NCBI GenBank assembly: GCA_050916045.1
Contig: CP051526.1
Span: 1,920,001 to 1,984,000 of the forward strand
Reading direction: 5' to 3'
DNA: 64,000 nucleotides
Origin: Tepidisphaera sp.
GTDB taxonomy: Bacteria; Planctomycetota; Phycisphaerae; Phycisphaerales; UBA1924
In this document: positions 47,171 to 58,257 of the stretch, in pieces
How positions within the stretch are numbered: the first letter of the stretch is position 1
Layout of the letters: each line of letters begins with the position of its first letter
Made by a program: the position numbers and the translations under genes
The notes under the pieces: generated by a model
Database searches by the model: none
What the model was told of the DNA's origin: nothing
What the model saw: the letters and a program-made list of their open reading frames with translations, nothing else

Positions 47171-48781
47171 TCATTCCCACTCGATCGTGGCAGGGGGCTT
47201 GCTACTGATGTCGTACACCACGCGGTTCACGCCCCGAACCTCGTTGATGATCCGGTTGCTCACCCGCCCCAGCAGGTCGTACGGCAGTCGCGACCAGTCG
47301 GCGCTCATGAAGTCCTGCGTCTCAACGGCTCGAACGGCGACCGTACTCTCGTACGTCCGGCCGTCACCCATCACGCCGACGCTCCGCACGGGCAGCAGCA
47401 CAGCGAAAACCTGGCTTGTCTTGCGGTAGAGGTCCGCCGCGACGATCTCTTCCAATAGGATCTCGTCGCAGTCGCGCAGGATGTCGCACTTCTCCTTCGT
47501 CACCTCGCCGAGCACCCGGACGGCGAGCCCCGGGCCCGGGAACGGATGCCGCCAGACCATCGCTTCGGGCAAACCCAGGATCAGGCCGAGCTTGCGCACC
47601 TCATCCTTAAACAGATCCCGAAGCGGCTCGACCAGTTCAAACCCCAGGTCCTTCGGCAGGCCGCCGACGTTGTGGTGCAGTTTGATATTCGCCGACTGGC
47701 CCGCGTGGCCGTGGCCGGATTCGATGACGTCGGGGTAGAGGGTGCCCTGGGCGAGGAACTTCGCGTCCTTGACGCCGTGGGCGGCTTCCTTAAAGACATC
47801 GATGAAGAGCTTGCCGATGCGGCGGCGCTTCTCCTGCGGCTCATCGATGCCCTTGAGGGCCCCGAGGAACTGCTCGCTGGCGTCGACGACCCGGAGGTCG
47901 ATCTTGAAATGGTCGCGGAAGGTGGCTTCGACCAGGCCGCGTTCGTTCTTGCGGAGGAGGCCCGTGTCGACGAAGACGCAGCGGAGCTTGTCGCCGATGG
48001 CTTTGTGAAGGAGAGCGGCGGCGACCGCCGAGTCAACGCCGCCGGAGAGGCCGCAGATGACGGTCGAGTTGCCGACGCGTTCACGGATCTTGGCGGCGGC
48101 TTCGCCGGCGAAATCGGACATCTTCCAGTCGCCGCGGCAACCGCAGATCTCATAGAGGAAGTTGCTCAGGATGTCGGTGCCGTGCGGGGTGTGCGTCACC
48201 TCGGGGTGGAACTGCACGCCGTAGAGCTTGTTCTGGCCGCGGATGAGCCGCACCGCCGCGAAGGGGCACGTCTCGGTGCTGGCGAGGACCTCGAAACCGA
48301 CCTCGCCCAGGCCCGAGACCTGGTCGCCGTGCGACATCCAGACGGTGGTCTTGTCGGGGACGGCTTTGAAGAGCTCGCCGCCCTTGGCAGCGCTCGGGAC
48401 GGCTCGAAGGTCAAGCTGGGCCCGGCCGAACTCCCGCTTGTGCCCGCCGGTGACCTTGCCGCCCAGGAGGTGGCTGGCGAGCTGCATGCCGTAGCAGATG
48501 CCCAGGACCGGGACGCCGAGGCCAAAGATGGCTTTGTCGCAGGTGGGGGCCCCGTCTTCGTACACGGACGAGGGGCCGCCGGAGAGGATGATCCCCTTGG
48601 GCTTCATCGCCATGAGAGCGGCGGGTGAGATCGACGGGTGCACCAGCACGGCGTAGACCCCGGCATCGCGAGCCCGCCGGGCGATGAGCTGAGCCGTCTG
48701 CCCGCCGAAATCGAGAATCGGCACGACCTCGTGCGTGGACAGGGTGCTGAAGCTGGTCGATCCTGCGGCGGACTGGCTCAT
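47171..48781 (-). CDS. guaA: GMP synthase (glutamine-hydrolysing)
   Basis: [35 protein letters not shown]. Confidence 0.97.
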   Translation of the reverse strand: MSQSAAGSTSFSTLSTHEVVPILDFGGQTAQLIARRARDAGVYAVLVHPSISPAALMAMKPKGIILSGGPSSVYEDGAPTCDKAIFGLGVPVLGICYGMQLASHLLGGKVTGGHKREFGRAQLDLRAVPSAAKGGELFKAVPDKTTVWMSHGDQVSGLGEVGFEVLASTETCPFAAVRLIRGQNKLYGVQFHPEVTHTPHGTDILSNFLYEICGCRGDWKMSDFAGEAAAKIRERVGNSTVICGLSGGVDSAVAAALLHKAIGDKLRCVFVDTGLLRKNERGLVEATFRDHFKIDLRVVDASEQFLGALKGIDEPQEKRRRIGKLFIDVFKEAAHGVKDAKFLAQGTLYPDVIESGHGHAGQSANIKLHHNVGGLPKDLGFELVEPLRDLFKDEVRKLGLILGLPEAMVWRHPFPGPGLAVRVLGEVTKEKCDILRDCDEILLEEIVAADLYRKTSQVFAVLLPVRSVGVMGDGRTYESTVAVRAVETQDFMSADWSRLPYDLLGRVSNRIINEVRGVNRVVYDISSKPPATIEWE

Positions 48782-48963
48782 CGTGACGGCTCCGGGTCAT
48801 CCCCCGCCCGCCGGGGCGGCTCGGGGGAAGGGGAAAGATAGCCGCGATCCGAAACGGGATCGAACACGGAGGCACCGAGGGACGCGGAGATGGTCAAGGG
48901 CACGCTTCTTTCCGCTCCCGGCCCATTTTCTCGGCGTTTCCCCGAGCCTCTACGTCCAAATCT

Positions 48964-49734
48964 TCAGAGCTTCCTCACCCACACGTTCCGATACCGCACG
49001 GGGTTTCCGTGGTCCTGCAGGTAGATCGGGCCCGAGCCGGTCGCGCCGCCGGGCTCTCCGGGGGTTTCGGTCGAATTCTTCGCCGCGCCCGTCGGGCTTG
49101 AGACGTCCGCGTGGTCCTGAACGAGCACGCCGTTGTGGAAGACGGTGATGGTCGCGTTCTTGACCTTCTTCCCCGAAGCGTCGAACCGCGCCGCTCGGAA
49201 GATGATGTCGTAGGTCTGCCACTCGCCCGGACCGCGGCAGGCATTGACAAGCGGGGGGTGCTGCTTGTAGATCGAAGCACACTGCCCGTCGGGGTACGTC
49301 TCGTTCTTGTACGAATCGAGCACTTGCACCTCGTAGCGGGCCTGAAAGTACACGCCTGAGTTGCCACGCCCCTGCCCCTCGCCCTCAACCTTCGCCGGCG
49401 TCGCGAACTCGATGTGAAGCTGGCAGTCGCCGAAGGATTCCTTGGTCAGGACCGATCCGCCCCCGCCCGTCGCGGCGACCATCGCGCCATCCTGGACCTC
49501 CCAAGGCATCGGCTTGCCGTCGCTCCGCGACCAGTTGGCGAGCGTCGCGGCGGTGCCGTCAAAGAGCACGACAGCGTCGGACGGCGGCTTCCCCGGCTGT
49601 GCGGGAGCGCCGCCCGGCGTCACGATCGGTGGTGCTTTGGGGGCCTCGGAAGACCCCGGCTGCATCGCAAAGCCCGCGAGCAGGGAAACCACCGCGATCG
49701 AGCACCCGGCCGCCAGCATGGAAGAGGTTCGCAT
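48964..49734 (-). CDS. DUF1080 (3-keto-disaccharide hydrolase family) secreted protein
   Basis: PPSDAVVLFDG, GNSGVY, YEVQVLD, WQTYDI, LQDHG..VRYRNVW. Confidence 0.92.
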   Translation of the reverse strand: MRTSSMLAAGCSIAVVSLLAGFAMQPGSSEAPKAPPIVTPGGAPAQPGKPPSDAVVLFDGTAATLANWSRSDGKPMPWEVQDGAMVAATGGGGSVLTKESFGDCQLHIEFATPAKVEGEGQGRGNSGVYFQARYEVQVLDSYKNETYPDGQCASIYKQHPPLVNACRGPGEWQTYDIIFRAARFDASGKKVKNATITVFHNGVLVQDHADVSSPTGAAKNSTETPGEPGGATGSGPIYLQDHGNPVRYRNVWVRKL

Positions 49735-49795
49735 GCGGGCAGGATACCAGAAAGTCAGCCCGGCGCGGCCCCCCGCGGCGAGGGTGCTCGGGCTT

Positions 49796-51550
49796 TCACT
49801 TCGCTTCCCGAAGGTCGATGAGCTCGCCCTCAACGTTGGAAGCTCCGTTCCAGGTCGAGATCTTCGGCTCGATGATCACATCCACCGCCGCACCGACCGG
49901 CAGCGAAGCAAGCCGCTCCGCCCAGCCCCACCCCAGCAGCCGCAGGCTTCGTGGGATCGCCGCTCCATGACGCGACTCGGAGAGTGCCTTGACGAACAGG
50001 CTCGCGTGCTCGCCCGTCTTGCCGATCACCTTCGGTCTGCCCTCGACGCGAAGCCCCGGGATCCGGAGGCGGACCGCAGGGTTCTCCCGACCGAACGGGG
50101 CGAGTTCACCGAGTTCCCGCACGGCTTGCGAAGAAAGCTCATCGAGCGACGCTTCGGCGTCGTACTCGATGCGACCGACGAGCTGTTCGGGCTGGAGCAG
50201 TCGGTTGGCGACCTCGGTGAACGCGTCCGCGAACGCTTCGAGGTTGGCGTGGCTGACGCGGACGCCCGCCGCCATGTCGTGCCCGCCAAACCCCAGCAGC
50301 AGGTGCTTGCACTCTTCGAGGGCCCCGTGGAGGTTGAAGCCGTCGATGGAGCGGCCCGAGCCGTGGCACTCGCCGGTCTCCGCGTCGCGGTGCATCAGGA
50401 TGGTCGGGCGGTGGAACATCCCAACCAACCGCGAGCAGGCGATCCCGACGACGCCCGCGTGCCAGGCTTCATCGGCGAGCACCACCGCTCTTCGCGCGTC
50501 GGTGGTCATGCCTCGGACCGCCGCTTGCTCCGCCGCGTGTTCGGCGATCCGCTTCTCCAGAAGCCGCCGCTCGTTGTTCAAGGAGGTGAGCTGCGCCGCG
50601 ATCTCCGCCGACCGGGCCGCATCCGCGACCGTGAGCAGTTCGACCGCTTCGCGAGCGTGGCCGAGTCGCCCGCACGCGTTCAGCCTGGGGCCGAGCTTGA
50701 ACCCCACGTCGTACTCGCCGACGTTCTCGCCCGACAAGCCCGACGCTTCGACCAGCGCCCGAAGCCCGACGTTGCTCGAGTGTTTGAGCTTGGAGAGGCC
50801 GAACCGCGCGATGATGCGATTCTCTCCGCGGAGCGGCACCACATCGGCGATCACGCCCAGGCTTGCAAATCCGAGCAGTTCAAGCAGCACTTCCCGCGTC
50901 GCAGGCGCAACCCGATCCGACCCGCAGGCGAGTGTCGCAAGCCGCCAGGCGAGCTTGTATGCCACCGCCGACCCGGACAGATCCCCGAAGGGGTACGTTG
51001 AATCCGGCCTGCGTGGGTGGACGACCGCGAACGCGTCGGGCAGGTCCGCCATGGATGCCGGCGGGTTGTGGTGGTCGGTGATGATGAGGTCGACGCCGCA
51101 CGATTTCGCGGTCCGCGCCGGCTCGATCGCGGTGACGCCGCAGTCGACGGACACGATCACCTTGGCGCCCTCGGCGGCCAGCGTCCGAATGGCTTCGGGG
51201 TTGAGGCCATACCCCTCGTCGATCCGGTGGGGGACGTACGTCGTCACGCGGCATGCGGGCTCGATGTGCCTCAGCATGTGGAAGAGGATCGCGCTGGCCG
51301 AGATCCCGTCCACGTCGTAGTCGCCGTAGATGACGATCGGCTCGCCGCTTCTTGCCGCCCGGACGAGGCGCTCGGCCGCCCGGTCCATGTCGGGCATCAT
51401 CGAAGGATCATGGAGCATTCTCAGCGAGGGGTTCATGAAAGCCCCCGCCGAAGCGCCGTCCAGCCCTCGGGCTTCGAGCACCCGCGCCACCAGCGGCGGC
51501 TTCTCCGACGAAACTCGCGACGACCCGCGAAGCACCCACCGGCCCATCAT
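49796..51550 (-). CDS. recJ: Single-stranded DNA exonuclease RecJ
   Basis: GDYDVDG, VDCG, TDHH, PRLNACGR, GSGRS, GGHDMAAG. Confidence 0.96.
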   Translation of the reverse strand: MMGRWVLRGSSRVSSEKPPLVARVLEARGLDGASAGAFMNPSLRMLHDPSMMPDMDRAAERLVRAARSGEPIVIYGDYDVDGISASAILFHMLRHIEPACRVTTYVPHRIDEGYGLNPEAIRTLAAEGAKVIVSVDCGVTAIEPARTAKSCGVDLIITDHHNPPASMADLPDAFAVVHPRRPDSTYPFGDLSGSAVAYKLAWRLATLACGSDRVAPATREVLLELLGFASLGVIADVVPLRGENRIIARFGLSKLKHSSNVGLRALVEASGLSGENVGEYDVGFKLGPRLNACGRLGHAREAVELLTVADAARSAEIAAQLTSLNNERRLLEKRIAEHAAEQAAVRGMTTDARRAVVLADEAWHAGVVGIACSRLVGMFHRPTILMHRDAETGECHGSGRSIDGFNLHGALEECKHLLLGFGGHDMAAGVRVSHANLEAFADAFTEVANRLLQPEQLVGRIEYDAEASLDELSSQAVRELGELAPFGRENPAVRLRIPGLRVEGRPKVIGKTGEHASLFVKALSESRHGAAIPRSLRLLGWGWAERLASLPVGAAVDVIIEPKISTWNGASNVEGELIDLREAK

Positions 51551-51672
51551 CCCGCGCTCGGCGGCCCGGCTTCCGGCAGGCGGATAGCCTACCGCCGCTC
51601 GCTCATCGCGAACCTCGCCGTGGATGGGCCTGGTCTCAAACATGCGGGCAGCGTAAGCACGGAGAATCGGGC

Positions 51673-52257
51673 ATGGTCAAACTCAACCGAATCTACACCA
51701 AGACCGGCGATGACGGAACCACCGGCTTGGTCGGCGGCATTCGCGTCCGGAAGGACTCCGCCCGCGTCGAAGCCTACGGCGAGGTCGATGAAGCCAACGC
51801 AGCCATCGGCGTCGCCATCGTCCACGCCCGCGCCGGCGGCCTCTCCGCCATCGCGGACCTCCTGGCTTCGATCCAGCACGACCTTTTCGACGCCGGCGCC
51901 GACCTGGCCACGCCGGTAGACCCCAAGGAAACGCACGCCCTTCGCATCATTCAGCCCCAGATCGACCGCCTCGAACTGGAGATTGACCGCTACAACGAGC
52001 CGCTCGCCACCCTGACGAGCTTCGTCCTCCCCGGGGGCACCCCCACGGCGGCGGCGCTGCACGTGGCCCGTACGGTTGTCCGCCGGGCCGAACGACGGGC
52101 GGTGACCCTGCTCGCTCACGAACCCGCCGCCACCCGTCCGGAGGTTGTCACCTACCTCAACCGGTTGAGCGACCTCCTGTTCGTGCTGGGCCGGGTGGCC
52201 AACAGCAACGGCCAGACAGACGTTTTGTGGATCCCCGGCAAGAGTCGCCCGAGTTGA
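51673..52257 (+). CDS. PduO-type ATP:cob(I)alamin adenosyltransferase
   Basis: IYTKTGDDG, YGEVDE, RRAER, YLNRLSD. Confidence 0.94.
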   Translation: MVKLNRIYTKTGDDGTTGLVGGIRVRKDSARVEAYGEVDEANAAIGVAIVHARAGGLSAIADLLASIQHDLFDAGADLATPVDPKETHALRIIQPQIDRLELEIDRYNEPLATLTSFVLPGGTPTAAALHVARTVVRRAERRAVTLLAHEPAATRPEVVTYLNRLSDLLFVLGRVANSNGQTDVLWIPGKSRPS

Positions 52258-52366
52258 GGTATACTCCCGTACGTCCGGCGAACCCGTTCGGGGCTCTCGA
52301 CGGACACTCCGTTCAGGATGAACGGTGTGCGGCGCAGCGAAGCGTGGTGGTGGGGGGGAGTTCGAT

Positions 52367-53839
52367 TTGGAACGACAGAGCTCAACCTCGCTTTACACCT
52401 CCGAGTTCCGCCACGAGTTCGAAGCGGACACCGAAAGCCTGCTGCGCCGGCGTCTCCGCAGGTTCGCCCTCGCGTGGGGCATGGCGGGCCTGGTCATCTT
52501 CGCCATTCGCTGGGGCGGCGCGGTCCTCGTCGCTCAGGGCATCAACTTCCCGCTCGCCGCCGGCGCCGAAAGCTGGACGCGTTCTCAGTGGATCCTCGCC
52601 GTCCTCGCCGACGCCGTCGTGCTCGCGATGTACCTTTTCACGGGCGCGACCGTCCAGCAGTGGAAGCTCTCGCGCCGCCAGCTTTTCGAAGCGCCCGCCG
52701 TCCTGCTCATCGTCGAGATGCTCGTCCGCCTGCTCGCGTGGACGGAGGTCCGCGACACGACCCCGCTGGTGATGACGACCCTCTCGCATCTGGTGGCGTG
52801 CCTCTACCTTCCCTGGAACCTCTGGCACGCTCTGCGGCCGATGCTGGTCGTCGTCGGCCTCAACATCGTGTTCAAGCTCATGCGGCTGAACCGCATCGAA
52901 CCCGAGGACTGGCTCGCGGTCGGCCTTTCGCCGCTGGCCATCATCCCCGGCGCGATCGTCGCCTGGCTCAAGCACTCCAGGCGGATGGAACAGTTCAAAA
53001 TGTCCGCTCTCTCGCGGCGCTACGGCGAGTTCCGCCGCGAACTCCTCGACGCCCGCAAGATCCACGAGTCGATGTTCCCCAAAGCCATCACCAGCGGGCC
53101 CATCACCTTCTGGTACGAATACGAACCGATGCGCGGCATCGGTGGTGATTTCGTCTTCAGCAGCCAGGCCGAGCCCGGCGGCCCCCTCTCCGTCGTTCTC
53201 GTCGACGTCACCGGCCACGGCATCGCCGCGGCGCTCACCGTCAACCGCCTCTACGGCGAACTCGAGCGTGTCTACGCCGAAAACTCCGCGATCTGCCCCC
53301 GCGAGGTTCTCCGCCTCCTTAACCGCTACATCCACCTGACGATGGCCAAGCACTCCGTCTACGCGACCGCCATCGCGATGACGATCGATCCCAAATCCGA
53401 CACGATCGCCTACGCCAGCGCCGGCCACCCGCCCGCTTTCCTCCGCGGCGTCGACGGCACCATTCAGGAGCTCGAGTCCACCGCGTTCGTCCTGGGCGTC
53501 TGCTCGCACGAGGACTTCGATGCCGAGCTTCGCACGATCAGGTTCGCCCCCGGGGACGCGATCATCGCGTACACCGACGGCGCCAGCGAAGCCCGCGACG
53601 AGCGCGGCCGCATGCTCGGCACCACCGGCATGCGATCCATCCTCGCCGGAACCCCCGTCCACCTCTCCCAGCTCGCCGGCCGAAGCCTGGGCAGCCGCCC
53701 TCTCGACAACCTCTGCGGATCTTGGTGCCGCACGGTGCTTTCAAGCGTCGAGTCCTACCGCCACGGCCAAGCCGACGACGACACCCTCGTCGTCGAAATC
53801 ACCCGACCCCTCGCCCGCGCCGCTCAGAGGCTCACCTGA
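52367..53839 (+). CDS. Membrane-bound PP2C/SpoIIE-type Ser/Thr phosphatase (start uncertain)
   Basis: N-terminal TMs; GGDF, DVTGHG, AGHPP, YTDG, DDDT. Confidence 0.9.
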   Translation: MERQSSTSLYTSEFRHEFEADTESLLRRRLRRFALAWGMAGLVIFAIRWGGAVLVAQGINFPLAAGAESWTRSQWILAVLADAVVLAMYLFTGATVQQWKLSRRQLFEAPAVLLIVEMLVRLLAWTEVRDTTPLVMTTLSHLVACLYLPWNLWHALRPMLVVVGLNIVFKLMRLNRIEPEDWLAVGLSPLAIIPGAIVAWLKHSRRMEQFKMSALSRRYGEFRRELLDARKIHESMFPKAITSGPITFWYEYEPMRGIGGDFVFSSQAEPGGPLSVVLVDVTGHGIAAALTVNRLYGELERVYAENSAICPREVLRLLNRYIHLTMAKHSVYATAIAMTIDPKSDTIAYASAGHPPAFLRGVDGTIQELESTAFVLGVCSHEDFDAELRTIRFAPGDAIIAYTDGASEARDERGRMLGTTGMRSILAGTPVHLSQLAGRSLGSRPLDNLCGSWCRTVLSSVESYRHGQADDDTLVVEITRPLARAAQRLT

Positions 53840-54878
53840 TCGGCGGCCGCGAGCGGTGCAGCCCCTTCTCGATCACGCCACGAAGCTTCGACCGATCGAC
53901 GTGCGTGTAAATCTCCGTCGTGCTGATGTCCTTGTGCCCAAGGAGCTCCTGCACCACGCGGAGGTCCGCCCCGCCCGCGAGCAGGTGCGTCGCGAAGCTG
54001 TGCCGAAGCTTGTGCGGATGCACGCCCGCGACCCCAGCCCGCGTCGCGTGCTTGCGGAGGATCTTCCAGATCGCGACCCGTTCCAGCGGCTTTCCGGTCT
54101 TGGAGAGGAACACAAGCCCGCCATCCTTCGCGTCCCCCTTGAGCAGCTTGGGCCGCACATCGTGGAGGTAGTCCCGCAGCGCATCGCGTGCCGCTTGGTG
54201 CATCGGCACAACCCTCTGCTTGTTGCCTTTGCCGAGCACCCGCACCGCCCCCTGCCCTTGAGCCCCCGGCAGTTCCAGGTACACGTGTTTGAGCTCAAGC
54301 GTCGCCGCTTCCGTCACCCGCAAGCCCGACGCGTACATGAGCTCGACCAGCGCCCGGTCGCGGACCCGCATCGGGTCGGTCTCCGACTCGGCTTTCCCGT
54401 CCTCGCGAGCGGCGGGGCTCGCGGCGGCGATGATCCGCGTCAGTTGCCCCGGCGAGAGCACGATGGGCACCTTCTTCCACCGCTTGGGCCGCTCGATCAG
54501 GTCCATCGGGTTGTCGAGGATCATCTGCCGCGACACCAGCCACTTGTAGTACTGCCGCACGGCGGCGATGTGACGTGCCACGCTGGTGGCTTCCATCTTC
54601 CGCTCGGCCTTGAGACGCTGAACATGGTCGGCAAGCTGCCGCGAGGTCGCTTTCGCCGGGTCGGCGACGCCGGCTTCCGCGAGATCCGCGAAGCACTGCT
54701 CGACATCCCGCTTGTAGTTGCTGATGGTGTTCGCCGACAATCCCGCTTCGACGCGAAGAAACCCGACGAACGCGTCGCGGGCTTTCGCGAAAGCGGGCGG
54801 CAGCGGGTCCTCCACGTCGCGCGGCTTGGCCGCGCGATCCGGGTCCTTGATCCCAAGAGGTTGCCGCATCCGTGGCAT
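53832..54878 (-). CDS. xerD: Site-specific tyrosine recombinase, XerD-like
   Basis: YASGLRVTE, GKGNK, HKLRHSFATHLL, LLGH..ISTTEIYTHV; no mobile-element context. Confidence 0.85.
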   Translation of the reverse strand: MPRMRQPLGIKDPDRAAKPRDVEDPLPPAFAKARDAFVGFLRVEAGLSANTISNYKRDVEQCFADLAEAGVADPAKATSRQLADHVQRLKAERKMEATSVARHIAAVRQYYKWLVSRQMILDNPMDLIERPKRWKKVPIVLSPGQLTRIIAAASPAAREDGKAESETDPMRVRDRALVELMYASGLRVTEAATLELKHVYLELPGAQGQGAVRVLGKGNKQRVVPMHQAARDALRDYLHDVRPKLLKGDAKDGGLVFLSKTGKPLERVAIWKILRKHATRAGVAGVHPHKLRHSFATHLLAGGADLRVVQELLGHKDISTTEIYTHVDRSKLRGVIEKGLHRSRPPIR

Positions 54879-54930
54879 GCTCAGAGTGTACCGCGGCGCC
54901 GGCACCCACCCCAGGCCCACACCCAGCCCG

Positions 54931-56358
54931 TCAGACCGCGCACACCTTCGCGAAATCCCGCCAGAAGGTCGCGTACGTCTTCCCCACGCACTGCGGATGC
55001 CGGATGAACACGTTCGGCCGCCGCAGAGACACCAAAGCAAGCGACATCGCGATCCGGTGATCGTCGTACGTGTCAAAGTACACCGGCGGCACCCCCGGCG
55101 AGCAATCAACGCCTCCGCGCGGCGGCGTGATCGTCATCGCACCCGAATCTCCCGCCACGGGGCTCTCCACCGACACCCCGATCTTCGCAAGCTCCGTCTT
55201 CATCGCCTCGATCCGGTCCGATTCCTTCACCCGAAGCGTCTTCAGCCCACGCAGAATCGACATTCCCTTGGCGAACGATGCCACCACCGCGAGCGTCATC
55301 GCCGCATCCGGCATGTCCGACATGTCGGCCATCAGCCCGTTGAGTTCATCCGGCCCGCGCGTCTCCATCGACGGCGGCAACCCCACCACACCCGGCTTGA
55401 CCGTCACTACCGTGCCCATCCTCGCCAGAAGGTCGGTGAACCCCGTGTCGCCCTGGAGGGACGAGGAATCAAGGCCCATGATGCGGCACCGCGCGTTCGG
55501 CTTCATCGCCGCGGCCGCCCAGAAGTACGTCGCGCCGCTCGCGTCGGGCTCGACGTCGTACGCGAAGGGCTCGATCCCCGCGCCCGACTCTCCCGGCCCC
55601 ACGCGCACCACCCGCAGGTCCCCCGCCGAACGCACCGAAGCCCCCAGCCGCTCGAGCAACCCCACGGTCATCGCGATGTACGAGGCGCTCGTCACCTCGC
55701 CCGTCAGCTTGATCGTGATCCCCGGCATCAGCCACGGCGAGATCAGAAGCAGCGCCGAGATGAACTGGCTCGACTGCGTCGTCGGAATCTCAAGCGTCCG
55801 CTCCGCCGTCCCGCACCCGGTGGGGGGGCTCACTTCCATGGGCGGGCACCCCGGCGAAGCACCCTCGTACTTCACGCGTGCGCCAAGTCGCGTCAGAATC
55901 TCGCCAAGCTCCCCGATCGGCCGCTGACGCATCCGCGCGTTGCCGTCGATCACCACGGGAATCGGCGAGAGCAAACTCGCCGCCGCCAGAAACCGCGTCG
56001 CCGTCCCCGCGTTGTTCAGGTTGAGCACCACCCGGCCCGCGCCGGCCTCCCGCGGCTTCCATCGCCCGCCTACGCCCCTCACCTTGACGGTCCCATCCGT
56101 CTGCACGTCGACCTCGGCCCCGAGCGAACGCAGCGCCTCGACCATCCGCATCGCGTCATCCGCATCCACCAGCGCCCCGCGGAGCGTCGATTCCCCGTCC
56201 GCGAGCGCCGCGAGCAGAATCGCGCGATTCGTGAGGCTTTTGCTCCCCGGCGGCGTCACCGCCGCGTCAAACGGCGCGGCACCCCGGCTTGCCGGCGGCG
56301 GCAGGGGAAGCGGATCCGGGACCTCCGCGAGCGGACGCTCAAGCACGTCCCGGTTCAC
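54931..56358 (-). CDS. aroA: 3-phosphoshikimate 1-carboxyvinyltransferase
   Basis: PGSKSLTNR, NAGTATRF, SSQF, RVKESDR, DDHRIAM. Confidence 0.96.
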   Translation of the reverse strand: MNRDVLERPLAEVPDPLPLPPPASRGAAPFDAAVTPPGSKSLTNRAILLAALADGESTLRGALVDADDAMRMVEALRSLGAEVDVQTDGTVKVRGVGGRWKPREAGAGRVVLNLNNAGTATRFLAAASLLSPIPVVIDGNARMRQRPIGELGEILTRLGARVKYEGASPGCPPMEVSPPTGCGTAERTLEIPTTQSSQFISALLLISPWLMPGITIKLTGEVTSASYIAMTVGLLERLGASVRSAGDLRVVRVGPGESGAGIEPFAYDVEPDASGATYFWAAAAMKPNARCRIMGLDSSSLQGDTGFTDLLARMGTVVTVKPGVVGLPPSMETRGPDELNGLMADMSDMPDAAMTLAVVASFAKGMSILRGLKTLRVKESDRIEAMKTELAKIGVSVESPVAGDSGAMTITPPRGGVDCSPGVPPVYFDTYDDHRIAMSLALVSLRRPNVFIRHPQCVGKTYATFWRDFAKVCAV

Positions 56359-56726
56359 GAGTCCTTGTCCTTGGATTTGCCCTTTTCGTCCAGCCCCTCG
56401 GTCTCGCGTCGGAACACCGCCACCACATCCTCGACCGGGACCACAAAGAGCCGATTGTCGCCCTCAAAGTCCACCGGCACGCTGTGCTTGGGGTTAAAAA
56501 GCACGCGGTCGTACTTCTTGATCGGGTAATCGTCGTTCCGCTCGACCTCGGCCGAAACCGCGACGACACGCCCGGTCAGCGTGGGGATCTCGATCTTGTC
56601 GGGCAGGTGGATGCCCGACTTGGTCTGCTTCTTGTCCTCGTCCTTGCGGATCAGGACGCGTTTGCCGACGGGCTCGATCACTTCGAGCGCCTTCGCCGAT
56701 TTGGAACCTCGAGGCTCGGTTGACAT
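56355..56726 (-). CDS. groES: GroES (chaperonin 10) family protein
   Basis: IEPVGKRVLI, TKSGIHLPD, GRVVAV; no groEL adjacent. Confidence 0.82.
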   Translation of the reverse strand: MSTEPRGSKSAKALEVIEPVGKRVLIRKDEDKKQTKSGIHLPDKIEIPTLTGRVVAVSAEVERNDDYPIKKYDRVLFNPKHSVPVDFEGDNRLFVVPVEDVVAVFRRETEGLDEKGKSKDKDS

Positions 56727-56780
56727 CGCCCCCAGTGTACGTCCCCGCACGCCCCACGGTCCCGCCCCTACGCTGGGGCG

Positions 56781-57965
56781 ATGAACGGAGCCGGAACATC
56801 TCCCGACGCGGTGGTGGTCGGAGCCGGGATCGTCGGCGCCGCCTGCGCCCTCGCCCTCTCGCGCTGCGGCTACCGCGTCACCACCGTCGACCAGGGGCCT
56901 ATCGCCTCTGGCGCGACCGCCGCCGGCATGGGCCACCTCTGCGTCCTGGACGATTCCGACGAGCAGTTCGCCCTCTCCCGCTCCAGCCAGATGCTCTGGG
57001 ACCTCCTCGCGCCCGAACTTCCCAAATCCGTCGAACGCTCCGTCTGCGGCACCCTCTGGGCCGCCGCCGACGAGGACGAAATGGGCGCCGTCTATCGCAA
57101 GGAAGCCTACTACCGCTCCCGCGGCGTCACCGCCCACGCTCTCACCTCCGCCGAGATCCAGCAACTCGAACCCAACCTCCGCTCCCCCTCCGGCAACCCG
57201 CTCGCCGGCGGCCTCCTCCTCCCCGAAGACTCCATCATCTACGCTCCGCCCGCCGCCAGGTGGATGCTCGACCAAGCCGCCGCCAACGGGGGCCGTTTCA
57301 TCGAGGGCCGTCGCGTCGTCGCGCTCGAACAGGGCGTCGTCTCCCTCGACAACGGCCGCAAGATGCCCACCGGCCTCATCGTCGTCGCGACCGGCGCGTG
57401 GGCGCCCGAGCTCTTCCCCGGCATCCCCATCCGCCCGCGCAAAGGCCACCTCGCGATCACCGACCGCATGCCCGGCTTCCTTCGCCACCAGGTCGTCGAG
57501 CTCGCGTACATCAAAAACGCCCACGGCCATTCCGACGAATCCGTCTCCTTCAACGTCCAGCCGCGGCCAAACGGCCAGATCCTCATCGGCTCCTCGCGCC
57601 AGTACACCGCGACCGACGCTTCCGTCGAACCGCGCATGCTCGCCGCCGTCCTCGACAAAGCCTGCTCGTACATGCCCGGCCTGCTCGACGTCAAGATCCT
57701 CCGCGCCTGGTGCGGCTTCCGCGCCGCCTCTCCCGACAGCCTCCCCATCATCGGCCCGCACCCCGCGATCCCCGGCCTCTTCATCGCCACCGGCCACGAG
57801 GGCCTGGGCCTCACCACAAGCCTCGGCACCGCCGCTCTCCTCGCTTCCGCCGTCACCGGCGAACCGCCCCCTTTCCCCGCCGAGCCCTACCTTCCCTCTC
57901 GGTTTGCCCCACGCGAATCCGCGCCCCGCGACGGCGATGCGCTCACACACTCCCATGACCACTGA
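56781..57965 (+). CDS. DAO-family FAD oxidoreductase (D-hydroxyproline dehydrogenase beta / HcnC-like)
   Basis: GAGIVG, GATAAGMGHL, PRKGH, GHEGLGLT. Confidence 0.85.
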   Translation: MNGAGTSPDAVVVGAGIVGAACALALSRCGYRVTTVDQGPIASGATAAGMGHLCVLDDSDEQFALSRSSQMLWDLLAPELPKSVERSVCGTLWAAADEDEMGAVYRKEAYYRSRGVTAHALTSAEIQQLEPNLRSPSGNPLAGGLLLPEDSIIYAPPAARWMLDQAAANGGRFIEGRRVVALEQGVVSLDNGRKMPTGLIVVATGAWAPELFPGIPIRPRKGHLAITDRMPGFLRHQVVELAYIKNAHGHSDESVSFNVQPRPNGQILIGSSRQYTATDASVEPRMLAAVLDKACSYMPGLLDVKILRAWCGFRAASPDSLPIIGPHPAIPGLFIATGHEGLGLTTSLGTAALLASAVTGEPPPFPAEPYLPSRFAPRESAPRDGDALTHSHDH

Positions 57966-58257
57966 AAGCGACGATTCCACGCTCATTGAGATCGCCATCG
58001 ACGGCGTCATCCGACGCGTCGCGCCCGAAACCACCGTCGCCGCCGCTCTCCTCAACGCCGGCGGTTGGTCGCTCCGCCAAAGCGTCTCCGGCGAGCCCCG
58101 CGGCCCCCTCTGCGGCATGGGAACCTGCTACGAGTGCCGCGTCACCATCAACGGCATCCCGCACGAACGCTCGTGCCTCATCCGCTGCCGCCCCGGCATG
58201 GTCATCCGCACCGACTTCATGCCGCCCCTCGCCGCCGCGTCGGAGCCCACCGCGTGA
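57955..58257 (+). CDS. 2Fe-2S subunit (HcnA-like)
   Basis: R.SVSGEPRGPLCGMGTCYECRV...SC. Confidence 0.9.
   Translation: MTTESDDSTLIEIAIDGVIRRVAPETTVAAALLNAGGWSLRQSVSGEPRGPLCGMGTCYECRVTINGIPHERSCLIRCRPGMVIRTDFMPPLAAASEPTA

Noticed and set aside
53832..54878. Tyrosine recombinase as a prophage or island integrase
   Set aside because: It has XerD-like motifs and housekeeping neighbours, with no att repeats, tRNA or phage genes.
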